64,000 nucleotides of DNA. Source: Octopus sinensis (lineage: Eukaryota). The position numbers and the translations under genes were made by a program. The DNA is taken from the NCBI RefSeq assembly GCF_006345805.1, contig NC_043011.1, positions 4,960,001-5,024,000 on the forward strand, in the 5' to 3' direction. How positions within the stretch are numbered: the first letter of the stretch is position 1; the number at the start of each line of letters is the position of its first letter. The notes beneath the pieces were generated by a model, which was not told where the DNA came from, did no database searches, and worked only from the letters and a program-made list of their open reading frames with translations. Shown here in pieces: positions 12,544 through 27,710 of this stretch.

Positions 12544-13107
12544 ATATAACTATGTATCGTATAAAGTGAAGGAAAACAATTAGTTCTTGTTTCTTGGTCA
12601 TCATTGCTAAAACATTCACATCTTTATATTCCCACATCTGTTTATTCAATTTTTATGTTGAACAAAGGAGCCACTACATAATTGCTAAATCTGCTAGAAA
12701 TAGCAGCCAAGTCTTCATCTCCCATCCTACCATCTTAAAAAAAAGAAGGGAGCCGTTGGATAATGTAGTCCTGAAACAGAACGGCCACGGCTGGGATGCC
12801 TTTGATCATAGGTTCACTCGATTAGGTCTGAGCGGTTCTAAACAACAACAACAACTACTAGGAAGTCAATTTACGTGAGCTGATCTCCCCGAAAACATCA
12901 CTTTTTTCTGCTGTGGTCAGATGTGGAGAGAATTGTAGTACTAGGGGTGAAATGAACTTCTATCTGTACAGAGTAAAAATAACTGTTCTTCTTTATGCGT
13001 TATACAGTTTAGTGCGGACCTAGATTTAGAGAGTGGGGAGGGAACGAGAAATGAAGAAAGGGAGAGTGGATATATGTACGTGTGCGTGTGTAGTTGTGTG
13101 TCTGTAG

Positions 13108-13150
<43 letters not shown>

Positions 13151-13909
13151 CGCGCATATTTTGCTGTCAGTATTATAGAATGTTATAAGGCGGCGAGATG
13201 GAAGAATCTTTAGCAAGCCAGATAAAATGCTTCGCGGCATTTCGTCCGTCTTGGCGTTCAGGGCTCAAATTCTGCCGAGGTCGACTTTGCCTTTCGTCCT
13301 TTCGGAGTGTAATCGAATACCTCCCACTTCAAAAATCGTTGGTTCTGTGCCAAAATTTGAAACCAGTAAAATAGGATGTTATGAGGCGGCGAGCTGGCAG
13401 AATCGATAGCGCGTCGAGAAAAGTGCTTAGCGGCATTTCGTTCATCTCAACGTTCTGAGTTGAAATTCCGCCTAGGTCGACTTTGCCTTTCATTCTATTG
13501 GTCTATGAAACAAGTACCTATTGAGAACTGGAGTCCACATAATCGGCAACCCCATCTCCCAAAATATCAGTCCTTGTCTCTATAGTAGAAAAGATTATTA
13601 CAGAACGATGCAGGTGGATAATATAGATGAGACAACAGTCTGCTCCGAGGTATACATCACTTCAACATCTTCGCTTTCCCACCCTTGGTAGTGTGACGAA
13701 ATATTTGCACTAGCTTCTTGAATGTTGGCATAAATCGGCAACCAATTACATCTACCTCAGTGTTTGATTGATGTACCATGATAATGTTGAAACCGGGAAA
13801 CCGGGCCCAAGAGCCTGGTTAGGCTTTAAAAGGGCGCATTTATTATTTTATTTTAGCATTTGATTAGTACTTTATTTTCCGCAATCCTAACGTAAATAAG
13901 GAGTGGTTA

Positions 13910-14430
13910 ATCAAGAGGCCAACTTCTGGAGCCTACCGCCAAACATGGGCGTTTCAAAACGCAAGATGATGCTTTTTGCGTTTGGTGGAATTATGAGGGG
14001 ATAATTCATTACGAGTTCGTTCCAGACGGTCGAAACATCGATGCAAACCTGTACTCCAAATACCTGGAGCCGATGTATTCCAGTGTGGGGCAAAAATACC
14101 CGGTATTGGTGGACAGAAAGCGAACTCTTCTTCGGTAAGACAACGCAAGAACTCCTACTGCTCGAGGGACTCGAAATAGATTCCAGGAACTTGAGGGGAA
14201 CGAATTGATGCCACACTCAACTTAGCTCCGTCGGATTATTACTTGTTCCGCTCCATAACCCAAATCCTACGCTCACGACGCTTCATCAACCAAGAAGTAG
14301 CGGAAGCTTCAGTGAAGGAGTCCTTTTCCTCGTAGAACAAGAACTGATATCAGCGTGGGATCAAAGAACTGGTGGGAAGGTGGCTTCAGCCGGTGCAGCA
14401 CCATGGTCACCACTTTAGATGCTGGACTGC
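13910..14430 (+). mobile_element. mariner (DD34D-type) transposase relic, C-terminal half
   Basis: Manual translation VWWNYEGIIHYEFVPDGRNIDANLYSKYLE...*DNAR...LAPSDYYLFRSI, with stops and a deletion. Confidence 0.85.
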
Positions 14431-16599
14431 TTTTGTTGCAACTTGATGAGCAAAGCAAATATTACAAAACTTTTTAACTCAACACACTATGACCACAAAT
14501 ATTTCGTCCATGATCATCCCTGACATTTTCCACACTGTCTATGCAGCACGATTCAGCCATTCATATTCTTTTTAGATTACAGAAAGAAATGATTTAAGGG
14601 AGAATTGATTGCTATTTCTAGAAGGCCCGAGCGACAATGTTGAGGTTCCTCCGACAGCTCGTTGTGTCGCAAGCAGTTCCAGAGAAAAAAATGAGATCAG
14701 ATCGTTGTCTCAGTCCACCTAGACAAAAGATTGATTTCAAGTTTTGACACAAGACCAGCAATTTTGATGGGAGGGAGTAAGCCAATTACATTGCCCAATG
14801 TACTCAACGGGTACTTAGTTTATCGACCCCGAAAGGATGAAAAGCATAGTCAACCTCGGCGGAATTTCTACTCAGAACGTAAAGATGAACGAAATGCCGC
14901 TAACCAATTTTTCCAGCGTGCTAACAATTCTGTCAACTCACCGCTTTCACAATTAGACAAAAGATTACTTTAAGAGTAACAGAAGTTGCACTGATATTTA
15001 AACTTAATAAAATGTGCGTGGTCGAATGAATGAATCCTGGCGTACCATGACAATGTTGAAAACTTGTGCATCCTAAAGTCAGAGGGTTGGCAATCATGTC
15101 CATTATCAGTTAAAGGCTTGGGCTTAAAAATGAAAACATTGGAACTCCAACCATTTTATGTTTATATCTAAGGGAAGAATTGAACTCCAAACTATGACTG
15201 CAGTATAACACATCAAGGTTACCGTATGGTCTTTGTTGACAGCAGTCAGGTTATATGTGTATGATTTACTAGAAGTTACATTTAAGAAACTTGTGAGTTA
15301 AATGTTTTAACCATGGATACAGTTGAGGGGTACATAACAGACAGCTTTGCGCTGCTTTTTCTGGGGAGACTGGGAGGGCTACTTCACATAAAAGGCATAC
15401 AAGTTCCGTTGTTCATATTTTCTCAGTGGATAGTGTCGAAGAGAAGGCATGTGTCCAAGTGGTTAGGGTGTTTGTTGCTTACAAGACTGTCTTGAGTTCC
15501 TGAGCAAGACACTCCATTTTACGTTGTTCTTGTCCATTCAGCTGTAAAATGAGTAATTCCGCAACAGACTGGCTTCCCGTTCAGGGGTATGTTGGGATTT
15601 CAGTCACTTATAGAAAGCATAGGACATGAAGCAGTAATGTAACGGGGTTGACGATGATGATGATTTTGAAAGAATGTTGCAAAAATGTCCAAACAAGAAA
15701 CGAAACCGTGATACACAGTTCATCAGCAGCAAGCGTATCACCGCATCATGTAGCCGCTGTATATAGGATACGCTAATAGAATACATACTCTCTGATGAAA
15801 AAATCTCAGCCTAAAATGTCAGGTTTTTCTTATTATCGCGGAAAACCAACTTATAAGGGCTTGTGAACGTTTGTCTCGTGTTTTACACTGATTAAATAAT
15901 CAATTATTGAAAATATCTGTAGCTTAAACGTTGGCAGAAAGGGACTTCCAGACAATTGTAATTCCATCAGTTTAAGAAGAGTTGGGAAAGGGTCTCAGAT
16001 GCATCAGACAGATTTGTGCAAGTATAATAGTTCAGAAGAGTAAAAGCTGTTGTAGTGGTAGTGAAATTAGATAAAAGAAGGACAGAGAATGTAAATGAAT
16101 TTGTCATGGAAAATGTTTTGATGAGCGAATCCTTGTTAATCAGTATGATTAACTTCATTCAGAATACGATCCCAAATATTTGTTTGTGTAGGAACTGCTG
16201 CGTCACTCAAGGGTCAACAGTATTCTCATGTGGGCCTAAACTATTTAGAGTTAGACAACTTCTATCACAGCAGAGAGTCACTAGCCACCGTGCTGCATTT
16301 CGCGGTGTTTTGAAAATGGTGTTACTATGAGAAATCCGCAGAGATTGAAGAGCATTTGAAACATTTGTAAAGGTTTTTTTGAGTATTGTTTGAAAGAAAT
16401 GTGATTGTAATGCTGTGTGTTTATATGAATTGTTACGTGCAATATCTTCTGATTTGTATGTTGATTCCAAATTTTGGTACAAGACCAGCAATTTCGGAGG
16501 AGGGAGTAAGTCGATTACATCAATCCCAGTACACAACTGGTACTTATTTAATCGACCACAGAAGGTTCAAAGGCAAAGTCGACCTCGACGGAATTTCAA

Positions 16600-16858
16600 C
16601 TCAGAACGTGGACACGAGCGAAATAATTATTTCTTTATTACCCACAAGGGACTAAACACAGAGAGGACAAACAAGGACAGACAAACGGATTAAGTCGATT
16701 ATATCGACCCCAGTGCGTAACTGGTACTTATTTAATCGACCCCGAAAGGATGAAAGGCAAAGTCGACCTCGGCGGAATTTGAACTGAGAACGTAGCGGCA
16801 GGCGAAATATCGCTAAGCATTTCGCCCGACGTGCTAACGTTTCTGTCATCTCACCGCC
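16600..16858 (-). mobile_element. SINE family B copy
   Basis: Reverse complement of the family B head and body, adjacent to a further degenerate copy at about 16460-16610. Confidence 0.85.
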
Positions 16859-17847
16859 TTATGTTTATGTTCCGATACGTATATTATATGCCATACGTAT
16901 TAATATGTGCGATATATACTAATAAATACAGAGTGTAATGAGATGTTTTGATGTATGTATTCAAATGTGCAATGAGTAGTTTTTAATGTCGTTGTTGATA
17001 GGATTCATATATGACGTGAAGTACAAAGATATTCTTTCTATTATTTTTTTTTAACTGTTTCTTCTGGACGAAAGAGCCGTGTCCATAGCATCCACACATG
17101 CTCTGAGAGGGAAGTTGTTGATATTTCTCTTCAAACTGATGTCTGCGGGAAAATTAAAGAAGCATGGACATGGTGGCAATTTTGGTTATGTTTGGAGATG
17201 AGGCTGACGTTGTTTGAAAATCCTTCCAGCAAGCATTTAGGTGCAAAGGGCTGCGTAGTAACGATAGGAAAAAAGCAAAAACTTACGCGTTATGCGTGAA
17301 AAGGCGCCTTCGTCGAGAAAGATCGTTGTGGAGTAACAGTTGGTTTCCTCTACAAGAGAAAGAACTATATGATTAGGAGCGACCATGAAAAGATTTTAAC
17401 GTTTATGCATGTATGTACGTGCGTGTGGTATGTGTGTTTGTATGTGTGTCTGCGTATATGCTTTTATATATATTCTCACACACACACAGAGATAATTTTA
17501 AAAACTGGTGGAGGGATCCACAATTTAAGGTAAAGTGCCCAATAACACGTTAGAATGTAAATATTTGTTCATATCAGAGTTGAGAGGAAAGATTCTGAAG
17601 ATACCAAGTGTTGAAATAGTGAGTGATGAGAGAAGAAGCGTAAGAGCAGGCAACTTAATCTGATCCGAATGAAGATTTTACTGATATCAGAAAACATTTT
17701 GTGAAAGTCATTCATGTATGACACTGGAGAGGACTTGCTATTTGGAAGTCACTAGTTATCACATGGCTATCGTTTTTTTCCTTCTACTCGTTTTAGTCAT
17801 TAAAATGTGGCCATGTTGGGGCACCACCCCGAAGTATTACTAATATA

Positions 17848-18221
17848 CACTACCGTCAGAAATTAATTAGCACCCTTGATTTGCTCTTCACTCAAGGTAT
17901 GTGCTGTCACCTAGTGGCCATATCTCGAACTATTGCTTTATTGCGAGTTCACTGTTGCGCAGAACGATGACGTAACTTTGTTTGCAGAGCAGTTTGAGAG
18001 TCTACAGCCTTATGATGTTGACATAGCAGTGCAACAACTTGGAGTGCGGATGCAGACAAATCTTCCTATGTTTAATAGATATAGGTAGCGCCTCGCAAGG
18101 ACCGAAATCACACCATACTAAGTTTTCTCATCGCGTAAGACGTTTTGAACAGCTCATAGGTTAATTGATTTAACCTATTTAATGTAGAAATTTGAGAAGT
18201 GCTAATTAATTTCTGACGCAA

Positions 18222-18224
<3 letters not shown>
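17848..18224. mobile_element. Tc1/mariner-type MITE
   Basis: TIRs cactaccgtcagaaattaattagcac / gtgctaattaatttctgacgcaagtg, flanked by TA on both sides; no coding capacity seen. Confidence 0.8.
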
Positions 18225-18317
<93 letters not shown>

Positions 18318-18499
18318 TACTCGTGAATTTCATTACAAACAACATGGACCCAATTTCTTCTTACGAAAAAATATATTTTCATATAAATTAAACATTATAT
18401 CATGAATAGCGATTGCGAAACCGGTCGATACATTAAAAATTATACTATAACCATGTAAGTGTGCGTATTTTCCGTTTTTAATTTCTTATATATATCTAT

Positions 18500-18780
18500 A
18501 CACACACATACATACATGCATACACTCCCACATACATACATACATACACACATACATACATACATACATACATACATACATACATACATACATACATACA
18601 AACATACATGCATATATACATACATACATACATACATATATACATACATACATACATACATATATACATACATACATACATACATACATGCATACATACA
18701 TACATACATACATACATACATACATACATACATACAAACATACACTCCCACATACATACATACATACATACGTACATACA

Positions 18781-18814
<34 letters not shown>

Positions 18815-18903
18815 CATACATACATACATACATACAAACATACATGCATATATACATACATACATACATACATACATACATACATACATACATACATACA
18901 TAC
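18500..18903. repeat. (TACA)n tetranucleotide microsatellite
   Basis: About 400 bp of TACA with an internal higher-order repeat (catacactccca twice); source of the MYVC/HTYI ORFs. Confidence 0.95.
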
Positions 18904-19129
18904 ACCGGACTTCTTCCAGTTTCAGTCTACCAAATCCACCCACAAGGCTTAAGTCGGTCCGAGGTTATAATAGAAAACATTTGCCCAAGGTGCCACGCAG
19001 TGGGATTGGATCTGGAACAGTATGGTTAGGCAGCAAGTTTCTTACCGCATAGCCACACCTGCGCCTTGGTAAAGAAATTCAAAATAATATAAGATAATAA
19101 GATATCTTTTCTTTCAGTAACTCCTCAAT

Positions 19130-19760
19130 CTCGGCCAACGCTTTTGTACAAGTTAAGATAAAACATATTTGATCTCTGCTTGAACTTTTGGACTTTACCA
19201 CATCCAATGCTTATTCCTTCTTTCTCAAGTGAAGTGTTTATACGAAGTTTTATCTATCAGCAAAATGTGTCAAGAATTGCCCTTTATCATATCTGGTCTT
19301 TACTCCTTTTATTTTCAATTTCCCATTGTTCAGGATTACAATCTCCCATGGATTTATTGTTGTCTATTGCTTTCTCCAGTTCTTCACACACCTTCATAAT
19401 CTATGTTGAATAAACCAGTATGGCCGTTATCCTTTCTCTTTTCTGACGATGTAATTTCAAAATGATGACTCTTTCTGAACATGGTTAACGTTTAGAACAA
19501 ATTTTTCTTTCTTCTACTTACAAAGAATCCAATTCCCTCAATCGCTTGCTTCTGTTTACCGTATATTATGTGGCCAACATGCCTCATTTAAGTTTGTTCA
19601 ACATTCAACCATTCTCTTAGATTCTGAAAGTCTAATGATGTTCTAGATCAGTATTTGGAATTTTTCTAGCTTGTACTCCAAGATTTCTTCCTCCTGTAAC
19701 TCAGGTGCATTCGGGCTCATAAGCTTTATGGTCTTTTCTTAGCCACTTGCCTATAATAAA
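19130..19760 (-). mobile_element. RTE-like LINE apurinic endonuclease relic
   Basis: Minus-strand fragments SERVIILKL, AILVYS, ELEKAIDNNKSMGDCN and ILDTFC..LRINT resemble APE motifs (SER, QVY.P, MGDFN, FC..L...NT); many stops. Confidence 0.6.
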
Positions 19761-19857
19761 AAGTTAAAGTTTAAGAAATAGTTAAAATATCGTCGGACTT
19801 GATCACTGACCGAGCGCTCTGTTAATTGGATATTTTTATCGACTTGTCATGTGTTAG

Positions 19858-20283
19858 AGAGGCGGCAAGCTGGCAGAAACGTTAGCACGCCGGGTGAAAT
19901 GCTTAGCGGTATTTCGTCTTTCGTCTGCCGTTACGTTCTGAGTTCAAATTCCGGTGAGGTCGACTTTGCCTTTCATCCTTTCGGAGTCGATAAATTAAGT
20001 ACCAGTTACGCACTGGGGTCGATATAATCGACTTAATCCGTTTGTCTGTCCTTATTTGTCCTCTCTGTGTTTAGCCCCTTGAGGGTAGTAAAGAAATAGG
20101 TATTGCGTCTGCCGCTCCGTTGTGAGTTCAAATTCCGCCGAGGTGGACTTTGCTTTTCATCCTTTCAGGGTTGATAAAATAAGTAACAGTTACGCATTGG
20201 GATCGATATAATCGGCTTGATCCTTTTGTCTGTCCTTGTTTGTCCCCTCTGTGTGTAGCCCCTTGTGGATAGTAAAGAAATAA
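19858..20283 (+). mobile_element. SINE family B, dimeric copy
   Basis: Same head and body; the second unit starts after aaagaaata at about 20099, the same junction as at 12361. Confidence 0.85.
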
Positions 20284-20941
20284 GAGAGCTGTTTTCCCTA
20301 GATAAATAAGACTTTCTCCCCAGTTGATCACTAAACTTGGTTTTGGGGTAGTTTGTCAATTAATCATGGTTGACCATCCATTCGCAAGTCACATGCACGT
20401 TTGCATAATATACTCAAGGACCAGTACAGCAAGATCCCGTACCCTATCTTGGGTGGAGATAGTTAGTAATGTAGTTTACTCTGCTACTTTCGTATGCGTT
20501 AATGTTGCGGGTCGGGAGCAACTTGCAACAGTGTCAGTGAAGGGGTAATTTTGCTTACTATCTAGGGTTTCCTAACCCTAGAGCCTGACACGGGAAGCAT
20601 TTTGAAATCAGGACTGTTTATGTAGCATTAAGTTGTAGCTGGAATTTCATTATTTACGTTGCCTCTAATGATAGTGCCCAATTGTCTGATATTTTTCCAG
20701 AGTGTTTCAATAATTATTCGAGAAGCAGGACACATCTAGTCGTGTCACCTAATTTCAATCGATATCTGTTGCACTTCGCTGCAGGTAAATGATAACTACA
20801 ATATAATTCATAGCTCTATCCTATGTCCTATCCTAAATCTTATCTATGTAGGTAGGTATGCTTGTAATATATGTGAAGATACATAAATATATATACATAT
20901 ACCTACACACATGCAAAAATACATACATACACATGTATATA

Positions 20942-20976
<35 letters not shown>

Positions 20977-21046
20977 TATATGTGTGCTAATATTATATAT
21001 ATATATATATATATGTGTATATATATATATATATATATACATACAC

Positions 21047-21094
<48 letters not shown>

Positions 21095-21269
21095 TACTAC
21101 CATGTATATATATGTGTGTGAGTGTGTATACATGGCTCTTTTACTTGTTTCAGTCATTTGATTATGGCCATAATAAGATACATATAATATATAATACCTA
21201 CACACATGCAAAAATACATACATACACATGTATATATGTATATATACATGTATATATATATATATATAT

Positions 21270-21312
<43 letters not shown>

Positions 21313-21324
21313 GTGTGTGGTGTG

Positions 21325-21355
<31 letters not shown>

Positions 21356-21380
21356 ATATATATATATATATATCATACAC

Positions 21381-21425
<45 letters not shown>

Positions 21426-21467
21426 CATACACATGTATATATAATGTGTGTGAGTGTGTATACATGG

Positions 21468-21856
21468 CTCTTTTACTTGTTTCAGTCATTTGATTATGGC
21501 CATGCTGGAGTACCGCCTTTAGTCGAGCAAATCGATCCCGGAACGTATTCTTTGTAAGCCTAGTACTTATTCTATCGGTCCCTTTTGCCAAACCGCTAGG
21601 TTACGGGGATGTGAACACACCAGCATCGGTTGTCAAGCGATGTTGGTGGGACAAACACAGACACACAAACATATACACACACATACATATATACGACGGG
21701 CTTCTTTCAGTTTCCGTCTACCAAATCCACTCACAAGGCTTTGGTCGGCCCGAAGCTATAGTAGAAGACACTTGCCTAAGATGCCACGCAGTGGGACTGA
21801 ACCAGGAACCGTGTGGCTGGTAAGCAAGCTACTAACCACACAGCCATTCCTGCACC
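21468..21856 (-). mobile_element. SINE family A copy
   Basis: Reverse complement of 7749-8159. Confidence 0.9.
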
Positions 21857-21922
21857 TTGTGTATATAAATCTGTGTTCGTCTGTGTACGCGCACGTATTT
21901 GAGAGCGATTATACATGCGCGC

Positions 21923-21953
<31 letters not shown>

Positions 21954-22271
21954 TGTGTGTGTGCTTCTATAGATATTATCTCTCGCTATCTGCATCATGC
22001 ACAAACACTGAAATGCTGGAAGATATCAGACAAAAATATTACAATTACTTTAAGTAGCTACGAAATTGATAAAATACTTAGAGCAGCTACCAAGCTGAGT
22101 TATTCGTTGTTGACGTTATTATTGTTGTTGTTGCTATTATTTATTGTTTTTGTGGTTGTTGTTTAACACCAAATTAATTCTAATCTATCACCAAAAGCTT
22201 CCCCGTCGCCACCATACCGTGTTTCACTGAAACATTGCATATCAAGGACCACGTTATGCCTTCTTTTTAAA

Positions 22272-22555
22272 GCTAGTAGTATATAATATGATGGAGGCGC
22301 AATGGCCCAGTGGTTAGGGCAGTGGACTCGCGGTCGGAGGATCGCGGTTTCGATTCCCAGACCGGGTGTTGCTTGTATTTATTGAGTGAAAACACCTAAA
22401 GCTCCGGCAGGGGATGGTGGCGACCCCTGTTGTACTCTTTCACCCCAACTTTCTCTCACTCTCTCTCTTCCTGTTTCTTGAATAACACTGCGATGGACTG
22501 GCGTCCTGTCCAGCTGAGAGGAACACATACGCCACAGAAACCGGGCCATGTAACT
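22272..22555 (+). mobile_element. SINE family C (tRNA-Arg-like head), internally divergent copy
   Basis: Head GGAGGCGCAATGGCCCAGTGGTTAGGGCAG...GGTTTCGATTCCCAGACC is shared with 32501 and 44579. Confidence 0.8.
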
Positions 22556-23149
22556 GTTGTCTTTTTATAGCCACATATAGCACCACAAATACTTCATTCT
22601 AACTGTCGAATAAAGCATTTCATATCAATTTAGCCATTCAATCTAACACACATTATTTTTCAGAGCAGATGCACCACTCGCAGGGTTGATATACACCATT
22701 TTCGGAAGTAATATAGCTAGTCCCAGAAGTGAATTGCAAGTGCATAAGGACGTTAAAGAATGCTGGTCTATGGCTTTTTAGAGAATTAGTCAGCGTGTGA
22801 TTTTAAATTTGTTAGAAGCAAGAGAAAAATATCCCTCATATTATACAGTCCCGGGCCCATGAGCCTGGTTAGGCTGAAAAGGGCAAAGAAAAAAACTGTA
22901 TAATATGAGGGATATTTTTCTCTTGCTTCTAACAAATTTAAAATCACACGTATTTGCAGAAGCCTTAGATGAATATTGATAGTCTTTAAGATATGTTTGT
23001 AAAAGCAATTCAAAACCTTATGTTCATTTGTGGGAATTTCAATATCATTCTATTAAATATATTTATGTGCACACACACACACATGTGCGCGCGCGCAAAA
23101 CACACATCGGAAGAAGGTACTTCTCAAAACATCCAGGATTTTATCTAAT

Positions 23150-23567
23150 TACTCTCTCTTTTTACTCTTTTACTTGTTTCAGTCATTTGACTGCGGCCAT
23201 GCTGGAGCACCACCTTTAATCGAGCAACTCGACCTCGGGACTTATTCTATTGTAAGCCCAGTACTTATTCTATCGGTCTCTTTTGCCGAACCGCTAAGTG
23301 ACGGGGACGTAAACACACCAGCATCGGTTGTCAAGAAATGCTAGGGGGACAAACACAGACACACAAATACATACACACACACATATATATATATACATAT
23401 ATACGACAGGCTTCTTTCAGTTTCCGTCTACCAAATCCACTCACAAGGCATTGGTCAGCCCGGGGCTATAGTAGAAGTCACTTGCCCAAGGTGCCACGCA
23501 GTGGGACTGAACCCGGAACTATGTGGTTGGTAAGCAAGCTACTTACCACACAGCCGCTCCTGCGCCT
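23150..23567 (-). mobile_element. SINE family A copy
   Basis: Reverse complement of 7749-8159. Confidence 0.9.
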
Positions 23568-24380
23568 AATTTTGGATTTTTTATTCGCATTCAAAGCAAC
23601 CCCAGTTGCTAATTGTGAACTATAAAATAACTTTTTTCAGCTTATCGAACTTCGATATGGGAAAAATTTACAACCTTTTGCATCAAGAAACCACTATTGT
23701 TCCTGAAAGTTGCTAATGATTCTGCCAGCTCAACGGCCGGGAAGACACTGAGCTGACTGTTAGTAAATGATGACAAGAGTCAGTTTTGTATTATATAAGA
23801 AAGCGATTATAGGAATGTTAAAGATTGCAATAATTTCAAATATAAAAGAACGATAACAAAGGAATCCATGAACATTTTCAAAAATGAATAACAAACATAA
23901 AGTTTGAAAATATTGAACGAAGAAAACAATAATGGCGAAGCATATCTGTCATTCTTAAAAGTATTTGAATTATTGTATAACGTAAATTATGTGCCAAAAA
24001 AATATATATAGTTAGTTCAAGATCACGAAAGGGATTCTAAAATACCTACAAAAAGTAAAATTTTCTATCTTTTATCTGTTATCTTTTGTTTCAGGCATCG
24101 GAATGCATCCGCGCAGGGGCACCGCCTTTGAGGGTTTTGCTTAAAGAAAAATTGACCCCAGTTCTTGTTTTTTAAAAATTTTGGTACTTAATTGTTCTAT
24201 CAGTTGCCTTTTGCTGAAACGCTAGGTTATAAGTTACGGGGATGTAAACAAACCAACACTAGTTGTCGACTGGTGGTGAAGGACAAAACAAACACAAAAT
24301 ATATACACACATGTATATATATATACATGTATATGTATACATACGTATATGTATAATATATATATATACATATATATCTA

Positions 24381-24414
<34 letters not shown>

Positions 24415-24486
24415 CATGTATGTATATATATATACATACGTATATATATATATATATATGTATGTATATATATATATATACGTATG

Positions 24487-24518
<32 letters not shown>

Positions 24519-24533
24519 ACATATATATATATA

Positions 24534-24589
<56 letters not shown>

Positions 24590-25258
24590 ACATATATGCA
24601 TATGCATACATATACATAGATGTATATATTTGTGTTTGTTTCTGTGGTTGTCTCCACCCCCACACCATCGCTTGACAACCGATATTAGTGTGTTTACGTC
24701 TCCCGTAACTTCGCGGTTCGGCGAAATTGCCCGATAGAATAAGTACTAGGTTCACAAAGAATAAGTCCTGGAGTCGATTCGTTCTACTAAAACCCCTTAA
24801 GGTGGTACTCCAGCATGGCAGCAGTCAAATGACTGAAACAAGAAAAAGAATATAAGAATAAAAGAATGAAAGAATCGTATGCATACTTCCGTGGGTTGAT
24901 GAGAATTTATAAAATATGGTTGTGTAAATACTGAAAAGATATACAAAAAATGTTCAAGTCTGTTGACTAATATTAGGAAGCAAAAAAGAAAAAAATACAA
25001 TCAGTGACGCTGGAATAATCCAAGAAAGGTCTGCAAACGATTATAGAGATTAGAAGAAGAGGAAATTAAGTATGATGTTTTAGGATGCGGTATGGCTGTG
25101 TTGTTAAGAAGTTCGCTTTACAAGCCTGTAGTTTCGGGTTCAGTGTCGCTCCGCAGTCCCTTGGGCAAATGTCTTCTACCGCTACTCACAGCTGACCAAT
25201 GCCTTGCGAGCGAAATTGCTAGACGACGACTATGTGGCAATTCCTAGTGGGGGGGGGG

Positions 25259-25486
25259 GGGCGAGCTGGCAGAAACGTTAGCACGCCGGGCTAAATGCGT
25301 AGCCGTATTTCGTCTGCCGTTACGTTCTGAGTTCAAATTCCGCCGAGGTCGACTTTCCCTTTCATCCTTTCGGGGTCGATAAATTAAGTACCAGTTACGC
25401 ATTGGGGTCGATGTAATCGACTTGATCCTTTTGTCTGCCCTTGTTTGTCCCCTTTGTGTTTGGCCCCTTGTGGGTAGTAAAGAAAT
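25259..25486 (+). mobile_element. SINE family B, monomeric copy
   Basis: Head plus one body unit, ending at gtaaagaaata. Confidence 0.85.
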
Positions 25487-25649
25487 ATATGTGGCAATTC
25501 GTTGTATAAATATATATGTATGCATATATGTACGGCGTGCGATGGGTAAATTGTCGCTATTTTATAGTTTTAATTTCGCGTACGCGCATTGTTTGTTTTT
25601 CATTTTGTCGGCTACAGGGTATAGTAGGGTCAGTTAAGCACCGCCTGTG

Positions 25650-26300
25650 AGATAAACAGCACCATGACGGGATTCACCCTGCCAGAAATTTGGAAACGAC
25701 ATGCTGTGATTCTTGGGATTTGCGCCGGAAGCTCCAACACGAACATTTCAGAGTGTTTGGGTGTCAATCTGAGGACAATGAAATCTGAGGAAATGTACCG
25801 AGAGTGATAAAAATCAAACATCCAGTCAACATTATGGTGTTTGGAGTGATCACTAGTGATGGCGACGTTATGCCTCCATTCGTCTTCTCACTCAGCCTCA
25901 GAGTCAACACGGAGGCCAACATCAAGTGACTGGAGGTGGTAGTGCTGCCCTGGGTCAAGAGGGTGGCTGCTGGAAGACCCTATGTCTGGCAACAGGATTC
26001 TGCACCATGCCACACGAACAGGAGAACCCAGTGATGGTTGTCAGAAAATTTCTGCGAATACACTACTCCTAACATCTGACCACTTATCTCCCCAGACTGC
26101 AGCCCTCTTGATTATTATATGTGGGACTCAGTTGAGTGAGAGGAAAAAAAAACTTCTTGTAATACCAAAGATGAACTGAAGGCAAGGCTTATTGCGGTAT
26201 TTGCCAGCGTAAACAGGGAGATCGTCCAGAAGACTTGCAGGAGATTCCAAAGTGGTCTGGAGACCATGGCTGGAGCCAATGGCGATTTTATTGAATATAT
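25650..26300 (+). mobile_element. maT/DD37D (Bmmar1-like) transposase relic
   Basis: Translation HPVNIMVFGVITSDGDVMPP...WQQDSAPCHT...SPDCSPLDYYMW. I counted 37 residues between the second and third catalytic D; in-frame stops are present. Confidence 0.9.
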
Positions 26301-26612
26301 TGATTCTTTAGTGTTTCAAGGTATTTTTTGAAGTAATTTTGGTAAATATATTTGTTAGAATGAGATGTCAGTGTTATTTAAATTTTTGCGTAATTTAGAC
26401 GACATATCATTCACTGTACCATATATATGTATTTTTAAACTTTATTTGTTTCAGTCATTAAACTGCAGCCATGCTGAAGCACTTCCTTAGTCGAATGAAT
26501 TGCCCCCTGGACATGTTTTTTAAAAACCTACTACTTATTCCATCGGTCTCTTTTAGCGAGCTACTAAGTTATGCGGATATAAATATATTAACACCGATTG
26601 TCAATACACACA

Positions 26613-26659
<47 letters not shown>

Positions 26660-26740
26660 AATCCAACGGGAAACAAAAAACAACAACAATGGAACAATTA
26701 CAGTATTATTATTAATAGGTGCTCAGGAAATGGAAGCAGG

Positions 26741-26817
<77 letters not shown>

Positions 26818-27005
26818 AGATATATTTACACAGCATGCTTCTCTTAGTTTCCATCTGCCACATCCACTCACAAGGCCGAGGCTATAGTAGTAGACACTTG
26901 CCCAAGGTGTCACGCAATGGTACTGAACCCAAAACTATGTGGTTGAGAAACAAACTTCTTACCACACAGCCATACCTGCGCCTATGTATATACATATTAC
27001 ATATC

Positions 27006-27036
<31 letters not shown>

Positions 27037-27424
27037 TGTATGTATGTATGTATGTTTGTATGTATGTATGTATGTATGTATGTATGTATGTATGTATGTA
27101 TGTATGTATGTATGTTTGTATGTATATATGTATAGTCATATTTTCTCTCGTCTCCCACTCTGAATCCATTTCGCTGTCTATCTGTAGTCCTTCTGTTTCC
27201 AATATTTTAAGATATTCCTTGTGGCGTTAACCATATTTTCGACCTCTGCAGCTCTTCAAGGCCGTATTCTGCTTATTTCTTTCAGTTTTTTCCTATGTTC
27301 ACAATTCCTCTTGTTTCTTATCATCTTTCTCCCTCGTTCGTCCACTGATAGTCACGTCTTGAATCACATTTATTCATGTTCGTATCTCCAGTTTCTGGTT
27401 TGTATATTTACTTCTCGTTTGTTT

Positions 27425-27628
27425 ACTCTTTTACACTTTTACTTGTTTCAGTCATTTGACTGCGGCCATGCTGGAGCACCGCCTTTAGTCGAGATCAAAT
27501 CAACCCCGAGACTTATTCTTTGTAAGGCCAGTACTTATTCTTTCGGTCTCTTTTGCCGAACCGCTAAGTAACGGGGACGTAAACACACCAGCATCGGTTG
27601 TCAAGCAATGCTAGGGGGACAAACACAG

Positions 27629-27710
<82 letters not shown>

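Noticed and set aside
21611-21972. Recurrent ORFs such as MLGGQTQ...RRASFSFRLPNPLTR and [18 protein letters not shown]
   Set aside because: Translations of SINE family A that recur at every copy.
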